Under the pieces are notes generated by a model, which saw nothing but the letters and a program-made list of their open reading frames with translations, had not been told where the DNA came from and ran no database searches. Below, piece after piece: positions 18,164 to 25,898 of a DNA stretch of 64,000 bases (positions are counted from its first letter, which is position 1; every line of letters starts with the position of its first letter). The stretch lies in the NCBI GenBank assembly GCA_963769935.1, contig CAVYNY010000013.1, positions 256,001 to 320,000 of the forward strand. The letters run 5' to 3'. The DNA is from an uncultured delta proteobacterium (lineage in GTDB: Bacteria; Desulfobacterota; Desulfobacteria; Desulfobacterales; JAFDCJ01). Made by a program: the position numbers and the translations under genes.

Positions 18164-19090
18164 TCAGTGGCGGGCCGACACCCGGCTCAGCCTCGCCGAC
18201 CAGGCCGGAATTTCCATAATTTTCTGGAGCTGAGATATCGGGCCTTCGTCGGTCAATACGGATGCCAGCTGCTGATCCTGCAGGACGTCGTAAACCGAGC
18301 GGATCTTGCCGTCGATAAGTGCCACGTCGCTGACCAGTCGGATCCCATGGCTATAGTCGGCGTAGCCGGCGCCGTGCACGGTGCTGAGCGGCTGGATGGG
18401 AGTGCCGTCGGGTTGGTGCCAGCCATAGATGGCGATTCGTCCCGGCATATGGGTGAGGCGATTGGTGATGACCACGTCTTTCTTATGTCCAGCAACCAGC
18501 TCTCCCAAAGGAATATGGTGTGAGACGCGCTGCTGAGCGATTTTGCGGTTGTGCTGTTGATAATAGCGGGTGGAACGCATTTGGGGTCCGGGCGTCATGG
18601 GCTGGGGCGTGAAGTGGTAGGCAGACTGCTCATAAATGGCATCCACCATTTTGCGGGTGGGTAGAATAAAACCGAATTGATTGGCCACTGTGCTGGCGGT
18701 GTGGTAATTCATCGGGATGCGGATGAAATCCGACCGCGACCCGATGGCCAGATAGTCCGGAGTGACGAATATCGTTGCGTTTACAAGTCTTCCGTTGCCG
18801 AGCCGGTGTTGCAGTTCGACCGGTTTCAACTCTCTCAGAAAATCGGGCAGATTGCCTTTCAGTAACTGCTCCAGGATACACTGCTCGCGCTGGTGCTCAT
18901 CCATTTTCGAAACCAGGTCGACAAACTGCGAGCCGGTCAGCGCGAAGCGGGCCCTTTTGGGAATGCGTTTGATCAGTTTCGACAGCCTGGCATTGGCGTC
19001 ATGGGCGCTTGCCGGGGTCCAGCAAAGGCATATCATCAGTATAATCATAAAATTGAAGACAGCACTGCCGGCCGCAAACCGTCTCATCAA
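18164..19090 (-). CDS. Exported hypothetical protein
   Basis: Signal peptide (ASA-H); conserved-looking motifs PDYLAIGS, LPTRKMVDAI, AGHKKDVV, IYGWH, YADYSHGIRLV; RBS ggagg. Confidence 0.75.
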   Translation of the reverse strand: MMRRFAAGSAVFNFMIILMICLCWTPASAHDANARLSKLIKRIPKRARFALTGSQFVDLVSKMDEHQREQCILEQLLKGNLPDFLRELKPVELQHRLGNGRLVNATIFVTPDYLAIGSRSDFIRIPMNYHTASTVANQFGFILPTRKMVDAIYEQSAYHFTPQPMTPGPQMRSTRYYQQHNRKIAQQRVSHHIPLGELVAGHKKDVVITNRLTHMPGRIAIYGWHQPDGTPIQPLSTVHGAGYADYSHGIRLVSDVALIDGKIRSVYDVLQDQQLASVLTDEGPISQLQKIMEIPAWSARLSRVSARH

Positions 19091-19461
19091 CCGCTTTCCT
19101 CCTGCAAAATTCGAATCATTTTACTAAGTAGGCTACTATGCCGCCGGCAGGGCTGTCAATAAATATTCCTGAAATCGAGCTTTCTGGATTTTCAAATGCC
19201 CAGGATATCGGCGGCACGACCCTAACATTATAAGGTTGGAGTTGCAACCAGGTACTCGATTTCATCTCTCGACCCCGCTGCGGATTTTTTCACTTAAATC
19301 CATTATCCTGTAGTTGTCCATTCCGATCAGCATATTGATTTCGAAATTTTGCGAAAGCCGAATTCGAAATTTTTCAACAATTATACAATTTAAGATTCAA
19401 TGCCTGAATTGAAACTTCATAATTTATTTAAATTATTCATAATATTGAAATCAAATTTTCC

Positions 19462-19477
19462 TGGCACGGTTTATGCT
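19462..19477 (+). promoter_or_regulatory. Putative sigma54 (-24/-12) promoter
   Basis: TGGCACGGTTTATGCT with exact GG-N10-GC spacing after an AT-rich tract. Confidence 0.7.
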
Positions 19478-19553
19478 TAATTGTTTTTAAGCAGAGAAAA
19501 GAAGTCATTGGCAAAGAAGGAGAATCCGCATAAATCATCAGGCAATGCGACAG

Positions 19554-19766
19554 ATGAAATGCAACATCGGCAAAACAGAGCGACTGATTCGAGTTGCGGC
19601 GGGACTGCTGCTGGCAGTTGCCGGTATGCTCAGTTACGGAATATTGGCCTTTCTGGGTATCGCCCTTATGGTGTCGGCATTCATCGGCTGGTGTCCGGTC
19701 AGGGCGGCGCTCGGTCTATCGAGCTGCCGGGAAAGAGGAAAAGCTGCCCGTCGACACTTCCGGTGA
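19554..19766 (+). CDS. DUF2892 (YgaP-like) small membrane protein
   Basis: MKCNIGKTERLIR..G..GWCP..ALG.SSC. Confidence 0.8.
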   Translation: MKCNIGKTERLIRVAAGLLLAVAGMLSYGILAFLGIALMVSAFIGWCPVRAALGLSSCRERGKAARRHFR

Positions 19767-19834
19767 GCATACCGAACGAAGACCTCAAAACCACCTGTTT
19801 AAAGAGGGTGTTCTTTATAAGAGGTCGAGATAGA

Positions 19835-20164
19835 ATGAAGCTGAAAACTGAAAAAAGATCATCCGAACGTCTTCCCTACAGGAGCGCCATCACCTTCTCC
19901 ATTTTCAACCGGCAGGACTGCCTTGAGGCTCAATCGCTGGATTTCTCAGGGAACGGCCTCAAATTCAAATCAACCAGCATCCTGCGCCCCGGCACCACCA
20001 TCTGCATCCGGGTAAAACCCGGCCAGCGCGGCTCTCGCCCTGACCGCTTCTCTGAAAGCTTGCCGTCGGTTGGGCTGGCGGAAGTAAAATGGTGTCGACC
20101 GATTGAAGGTACCGATACGACTTTTTATGAGGTGGGCGTCCGCTACTACCCGCCCAAATATTGA
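19835..20164 (+). CDS. PilZ domain protein
   Basis: RSSER (RxxxR) and DFSGNG (DxSxxG), EVKWC, YEVGVRY. Confidence 0.8.
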   Translation: MKLKTEKRSSERLPYRSAITFSIFNRQDCLEAQSLDFSGNGLKFKSTSILRPGTTICIRVKPGQRGSRPDRFSESLPSVGLAEVKWCRPIEGTDTTFYEVGVRYYPPKY

Positions 20165-20299
20165 AGCATCCTGAGGAGGATTAGGAAGGATTGCAAGCAA
20201 ATACCGCAAAATCCTTGTACCGCGCGATCGCTCGAAAAGAGCTGATCAGATTGCGCTCAGGGGAGTAAACCCAAGAAATATTCTTGAAGGGAGGTGCCT

Positions 20300-20767
20300 A
20301 TGTATCAAACCATCCTTGTTCCCGTGGACGGCTCCAGGCGGGCGGAGGCCATATTAAGCCATGTCGAGCACCTGGCTAAACGGGACAACGCCAGAGTGGT
20401 GTTCCTCAAAGTCGAGGAGGAGCCCATTATGCTGGATCGCGATGAAGTCATCGATATCGATAAGTACCATGGGGACTTTGAAAAGCAGAGGGGCCGATCC
20501 CAGACTTATTTGACCGGTCTTAAAACCGAGTTCAGCAAGCACGGTATTCAGGCCGAAACACGTCTGGCCTATGGGTCGGTGGTCAAGGCCATCTTGAAAA
20601 CCGCGGCAGATACCGGCACCAATCTGATTGCAATGGCCACCCATGGCATCAGCGGACTGGCGCGGGTGTCCTATGGAAGCGTGGCGGCCGGGGTGCTGCA
20701 GGCGGCCGAACTCCCGATTTTGCTGATTCGATCCTGTAATGACCAAAAAGGGGAAAGCTCTGGGTGA
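20300..20767 (+). CDS. Universal stress protein
   Basis: ILVPVDGS, LIAMATHG, YGSVA, PILLIR. Confidence 0.9.
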   Translation: MYQTILVPVDGSRRAEAILSHVEHLAKRDNARVVFLKVEEEPIMLDRDEVIDIDKYHGDFEKQRGRSQTYLTGLKTEFSKHGIQAETRLAYGSVVKAILKTAADTGTNLIAMATHGISGLARVSYGSVAAGVLQAAELPILLIRSCNDQKGESSG

Positions 20768-20775
20768 AGAAAGAA

Positions 20776-20987
20776 GGTTTCAGGTGTCAGCGCAGAAGAC
20801 AGAGGGCAGAGGCTGGGAAGCTGGGAAGGAAAGAAGATAAGAAGGTGAGACGGTGGGAGGGTAAGAAGCGGTGAAGCTGGGAGGGTGAGAAGGAAAGAAG
20901 AGAAGAAGCTTGAGAAGAGCAGAAGATAAGAAGGTGAGAGGATGGGAGGAAAAGAAGGGGGTAGACTGACACCTGGCACCTGAAACC
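20776..20987. repeat. Purine-rich ~8-bp degenerate tandem repeats between inverted arms
   Basis: ggtttcaggtgtcag ... (gaagctgg/gaaggtga/gaagataa)n ... ctgacacctggcacctgaaacc. Confidence 0.75.
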
Positions 20988-21106
20988 AATATTCAGTATC
21001 CAGCTTCCAGCATCTCCGCTGCGCTGGATCTCCGCTGCTCTGCGGCTGGCTTGTCAGGATTATTGGAAAATTTATGCAACTGGATAACTTGTGGAAGGAG
21101 CTGCAT

Positions 21107-23854
21107 ATGTCGGACCAGTGGGTATATCAATTTGGCGAATTGGATCAGGCCGATAAATACGTCGGGGGAAAATGGGACGACGTAAAGGGTCTGCTGGGCG
21201 GCAAGGGGGCCAATCTGGCCGAAATGACACGCATCGGGGTGTCCGTGCCGCCGGGTTTTATCATTACCACCGAAGCGTGCAATGCGTATCTGGCTTCCGG
21301 GGAAACCTTTCCGCCGGGAATGTGGCAGCAGGCTCTGCAGGCGCTCGAAAGCATCGAGAAGCAAACCGGAAAATTGTTCGGCCAGCCGCAGAACCCCTTG
21401 CTGGTTTCATGCCGATCCGGCGCCAAGTTTTCAATGCCCGGCATGATGGACACCATTTTAAACCTCGGCCTCAATGACCGAACCGCTGCCGGCCTGATTG
21501 AACTGACCGGAAATGAACGGTTTGTCTATGATTCCTACCGGCGGCTCGTTCAAATGTTCGGCACCGTTGTGATGGGAATCCCCGATAACGCCTTTGAAGA
21601 AAAAATGAGCGCCTGCCGCTCCCGGGCGGGGGTAAAAATCGATGCCGAACTCAAGGCAGCCGACCTGCAGCAATTGACGCAGGAATTCAAACAGATCTAT
21701 CAGCGCCATACCGGGCATCCGTTCCCGGATGAACCTCAGGAACAGCTCAAAAGAGCCATCAATGCCGTTTTCAAGAGCTGGAACGGGAAAAGAGCGGTCG
21801 ACTATCGCAACGCATCAGGAATTGCCCATGATCTGGGCACCGCCGTCAATATCGTCACCATGGTTTTCGGTAATTTAGGCGAGGATAGCCTGACCGGAGT
21901 TGCTATGAGCCGCAACGCTACGACCGGCGAAAATAAGATTGAAGGCGATTATCTCGAAAACGCCCAGGGGGAGGATGTCGTGGCGGGGATTCGCCAGACC
22001 AATGAAATTTCACAATTAAAGGACGACAAGCCGGAAATTTATGCCGAGTTTGAACAGACGGTTAAAAAGCTTGAGATGCATTATCGGGACATGCAGGATA
22101 TCGAATTCACCGTCGAAAGGGGCAGGCTTTGGATTCTGCAGACCCGCGACGGCAAACGCACCGCCCAGGCCGCCGTTCGCATAGCAGTTGAAATGGCGGA
22201 AGAAGGGTTGATCAGCCGTCGGCAGGCCGTGCTGCGGGTAACGCCGGAACAGGTGGATTTTTTTCTGCATCCCCAGTTCGACCGGCAAGCCAAAACAACC
22301 GCTCAATCCCAAGGGAGCCTGCTGGCAACCGGCCTGAACGTTTCGCCCGGTGCCGCCGTCGGGATCGTCGCCTTCGATGCCGATATAGCGGAAACCTGGG
22401 CCAAAACCGAAAACAAGCAAGTCATCATGGTGCGCCCTGAAACCAAACCGGATGATGTCCACGGCATGCTGGCCGCCGAGGGCATCCTGACCAGCCGGGG
22501 CGGCCGGACCAGCCACGCCGCGCTGGTGGCGCGTCAATTCGGCAAACCGGCGGTTGTGGGCGTATCTGCGCTGAAAATCGATGTCAACAAACGCCAGATG
22601 ACAATCGACGATGACGTCATCAAAGAAGGCGACTGGATCTCCATCGACGGCACCTCAGGCAAAGTCTACAAGGGTCAGCTCGCAACCGTCATACCCGACA
22701 TTATGGACCCCTGGCTGATCAAGCTGTTGGCGTGGGCGGATACCTTTCGCCGACTCCGTGTCAGGTGCAATGCCGATAACCCCGCGGACGCTGAACGGGC
22801 CCGCGCTTACGGCGCTGAAGGCATCGGCCTATGCCGCACCGAACACATGTTCTTTGAGCCTCGCAGGCTGCCCTACCTGCACAAAATGATCATGACCGAT
22901 CTTCCGATCAAACGACGCGAAGCACTGGAGGCCCTGCTGCCGTTTCAAAGAGAGGATTTCATCGGCCTTTTCAGGGCCATGGACGGACTGCCGGTCATCA
23001 CCCGCCTGATTGACCCGCCGCTGCACGAGTTTTTGCCAAACTACATGGAGTTAACCCATGATCTTACAGATCTTAAAATCCGGCTCAAACATGCCGACAC
23101 CCTTGAGAAAGTCAATACCCTTTTGCAGCAGATCAACGAAAAAACGCTGGTCTTAAAAAGAGTGGAAAGTTTGCAGGAAAGCAATCCCATGCTGGGCCTG
23201 CGGGGCGTGCGTCTGGGAATCCATATTCCGGAACTGACAACCATGCAGGTGCGGGCGATTTTTGAAGCCGCCTGCACAGTCGCCAAGGAAGGTGTCGGCG
23301 TGCATCCTGAAATTATGATCCCGCTGACCAGCCACGTCAATGAGCTGAAAGCCCAGCGGGATATTCTGGAAGTCGAGGCCAAAAAAGTAATGGAAGAGCA
23401 GGGGATAACCATCGACTACAAATTCGGTACCATGATCGAGATTCCGCGCGCTGCTCTGACCGCCGATCAGATGGCCGAACACGCTGATTTTTTTTCTTTC
23501 GGCACCAATGATTTGACCCAGATGACCTTCGGCATGTCGCGCGATGACGCGGAAACAGGCTTTTTAATCAGGTATATGCGAGCCGGCATTTTGCCCGAAA
23601 ACCCATTTGCCGTCATCGACCGCGAAGGTGTCGGGCAGCTTATGGCGATGGCCGTTAAAAAGGCTCGGTCCGTCAAGCCGGAGTTGGAATGCGGGATCTG
23701 CGGCGAACATGCGGGAGAACCCGGTTCCATCGCATTTTGCCACGAGATCGGTTTGACCTACGTTTCATGTTCACAGTATCGAATACCGGTCGCACGACTT
23801 GCGGCGGCGCATGCCGCGCTGCGCGATGGAAACCATTCGGAATCGAAGGATTAA
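21107..23854 (+). CDS. ppdK: Pyruvate, phosphate dikinase
   Basis: LLGGKGANLAEM, SMPGMMDT, NAQGEDVVAG, TSHAA, GIGLCRTEHMF, FSFGTNDLTQ, GICGEH. Confidence 0.96.
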   Translation: MSDQWVYQFGELDQADKYVGGKWDDVKGLLGGKGANLAEMTRIGVSVPPGFIITTEACNAYLASGETFPPGMWQQALQALESIEKQTGKLFGQPQNPLLVSCRSGAKFSMPGMMDTILNLGLNDRTAAGLIELTGNERFVYDSYRRLVQMFGTVVMGIPDNAFEEKMSACRSRAGVKIDAELKAADLQQLTQEFKQIYQRHTGHPFPDEPQEQLKRAINAVFKSWNGKRAVDYRNASGIAHDLGTAVNIVTMVFGNLGEDSLTGVAMSRNATTGENKIEGDYLENAQGEDVVAGIRQTNEISQLKDDKPEIYAEFEQTVKKLEMHYRDMQDIEFTVERGRLWILQTRDGKRTAQAAVRIAVEMAEEGLISRRQAVLRVTPEQVDFFLHPQFDRQAKTTAQSQGSLLATGLNVSPGAAVGIVAFDADIAETWAKTENKQVIMVRPETKPDDVHGMLAAEGILTSRGGRTSHAALVARQFGKPAVVGVSALKIDVNKRQMTIDDDVIKEGDWISIDGTSGKVYKGQLATVIPDIMDPWLIKLLAWADTFRRLRVRCNADNPADAERARAYGAEGIGLCRTEHMFFEPRRLPYLHKMIMTDLPIKRREALEALLPFQREDFIGLFRAMDGLPVITRLIDPPLHEFLPNYMELTHDLTDLKIRLKHADTLEKVNTLLQQINEKTLVLKRVESLQESNPMLGLRGVRLGIHIPELTTMQVRAIFEAACTVAKEGVGVHPEIMIPLTSHVNELKAQRDILEVEAKKVMEEQGITIDYKFGTMIEIPRAALTADQMAEHADFFSFGTNDLTQMTFGMSRDDAETGFLIRYMRAGILPENPFAVIDREGVGQLMAMAVKKARSVKPELECGICGEHAGEPGSIAFCHEIGLTYVSCSQYRIPVARLAAAHAALRDGNHSESKD

Positions 23855-23879
23855 GGTCTTTAATAAAGGAGAACGTATC

Positions 23880-24140
23880 ATGGACGAAACACATGATCAA
23901 AGTTTATGGATATGCACCGAATGTGGCTATACATCTTCGGAAAGATTTGTCGAAGATATCTGTCCGAGGTGCAACAAGACTTACTGGATGTGCGATGAAT
24001 GCGGCTTTACTACCATCACCGGGTTCCCACCCGATTTCTGTCCGGAATGCGGCGTCCAGGGCAACTTCACAAATAGAACCTGCTATGTGCCGGAGATGGG
24101 TACACCCGACCCACATAAAGTGAAAATGTACCATAGTTAA
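23880..24140 (+). CDS. Rubredoxin-like double zinc/iron-ribbon protein
   Basis: Four CxxC pairs (CTEC, CPRC, CDEC, CPEC); RBS aaagga. Confidence 0.75.
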   Translation: MDETHDQSLWICTECGYTSSERFVEDICPRCNKTYWMCDECGFTTITGFPPDFCPECGVQGNFTNRTCYVPEMGTPDPHKVKMYHS

Positions 24141-24198
24141 TGTGAAAAAACAGAACTGGTTGGAAAATCCTGGGCAAACGGGATACTTAGGAACCGCG

Positions 24199-24585
24199 AT
24201 GGATGTATTCAGCAAATTAAGAGATATGAAGATTTTGCTCATCGACGACGACGAGTGGATTAGAGATTCCCTCAGCATATTCTTTGAGGCCGAAGGATGC
24301 CGCATCGTATCCGTTGAGACCGCTGAAGAAGGCCTGGAAGTACTCCGTTCGCAAAACTATGATATCATCATCACCGATTACAAACTGCCGGGAATGGATG
24401 GTATTGAGTTTCTGAGACAAATCCGGACGTCTCAACGCAACGCCAAAAAAATTCTGATTACGGCATATAAAAGCGAACTGGTTGTGAAAGAGGCCAAAAA
24501 GGCCGGCGTGCAGCACTTAATTGCCAAGCCTTTTACTTCTGAAACGATTGAAGCTTCTTTGACTTTTCTGACTGCCGATCGCTGA
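24199..24585 (+). CDS. Single-domain response regulator (receiver)
   Basis: ILLIDDD, ITDYKLPGMDG, ITAY, KPF. Confidence 0.9.
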   Translation: MDVFSKLRDMKILLIDDDEWIRDSLSIFFEAEGCRIVSVETAEEGLEVLRSQNYDIIITDYKLPGMDGIEFLRQIRTSQRNAKKILITAYKSELVVKEAKKAGVQHLIAKPFTSETIEASLTFLTADR

Positions 24586-24721
24586 ATGACAACCTGGCAG
24601 ACGCCGCCGCTGAGGAATTGAATAGTCAATTCAATTTAGGGGCTTCGTCCCAACCGGACCAATCAAGGTTGGGTTGAGGGTATAATCCGGGTCGACGATA
24701 TCATAAAGAATGGATTGAAAA

Positions 24722-25399
24722 ATGCTGGTCAAAGATTGGATGAGCAAACCGGCGGTTACCGTCGATGCAGATGCATCCGTCGCAAAAGCCGTCAAGCTGC
24801 TGAAACGACGTGAAATAAATATGCTGCCGGTTATGGCGGGCAATCGGCTGGCCGGAGTGATTGCGAACGCCGATATTCAAAAGGCATCCGCTGCGGGGAT
24901 TGATCCCTTAAAACAGGATGAGTTTTTTGAGTTGCTTTCACAGGTTAGCGTCAGGTCCGTAATGACCCGCAATCCTTTCACGGTCTCGCCTGAACACACC
25001 GTTGAAGAAACGGCCGAGATTCTTTTGGTTAATCGGATTTCAGGGCTTCCCGTGGTTGACGGCAGGGATGAAGTGATCGGGGTCATAACCAAATCAGACA
25101 TTTTGCAGTTGATCCTGATCCTGGCCGGAAAAGGTAAACGGGGCATCCAGTTGGCCCTGGAAATGGAAAATCAACCGGACCGCATCAAGCAAATTACGGA
25201 CCTGATACTTGACTACGGCGGCCGTATTTCAAGTCTCATATCAACCCGGGAGCGCGCCGGCCGAGGCAATCAGCGACTATATATTCGCATCTACGATATC
25301 GATCAACCCAGCTTTCTGAGACTGGCTGAGGTAATCCAGGAAAAAGCTGATATGCTTTACATCATAAACCACGATGAAAGAACAAGGCAACTTTTTTAG
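24722..25399 (+). CDS. CBS-pair plus ACT domain protein (AcuB-like)
   Basis: MLVKDWMS, VMTRNP, ISGLPVV, GVITKSD; C-terminal ACT-like region. Confidence 0.85.
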   Translation: MLVKDWMSKPAVTVDADASVAKAVKLLKRREINMLPVMAGNRLAGVIANADIQKASAAGIDPLKQDEFFELLSQVSVRSVMTRNPFTVSPEHTVEETAEILLVNRISGLPVVDGRDEVIGVITKSDILQLILILAGKGKRGIQLALEMENQPDRIKQITDLILDYGGRISSLISTRERAGRGNQRLYIRIYDIDQPSFLRLAEVIQEKADMLYIINHDERTRQLF

Positions 25400-25424
25400 A
25401 AATGCAATGACAGGAGGACTTGAC

Positions 25425-25877
25425 ATGAAAGAATTTAACAGAGTTCTATTTCCGGTTGACCTCTCAGAATCAGCAGGCAAAATTGTGCCGTATGTGCATA
25501 CGGTAGCCAAACGATTCGGATCCCAGATTCACATCCTCTTCGCCGCGCGGGTATTCGATCATTTCGCCAGCCTTTATGTGCCGCACCCGTCGATCAACAA
25601 GTTTGAGAAAGAACTGCTCGAGGGTGCCGAAAAGCGCTTGTATGAGTTCGTGGATGAGAACTTCAGTGAATTTCCCCATACCAAAACCGCCGTCGTGGCA
25701 GGTGACCCCTCAGAAGAAATAATCAACTACATTCAGGAGCATAAAATCGATCTGGTCATCATGGGCACCCACGGCCGCAAGGGTATGGATAAAATAATTT
25801 TCGGCTCGGTTGCGGAGCGGGTCGTCAAAACCGCCCCCGTACCGGTTTTGGTGGTGAACCCATATAAGGTGGACTAG
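25425..25877 (+). CDS. Universal stress protein
   Basis: VLFPVDLS, DLVIMGTHGRKG, FGSVAERVV, PVLVVNP. Confidence 0.92.
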   Translation: MKEFNRVLFPVDLSESAGKIVPYVHTVAKRFGSQIHILFAARVFDHFASLYVPHPSINKFEKELLEGAEKRLYEFVDENFSEFPHTKTAVVAGDPSEEIINYIQEHKIDLVIMGTHGRKGMDKIIFGSVAERVVKTAPVPVLVVNPYKVD

Positions 25878-25898
25878 ATTACCTAAGGATAAAGAAGG

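Noticed and set aside
20671..20989. Low-complexity Ser/Pro/Leu ORFs
   Set aside because: Translations of the tandem repeat tract
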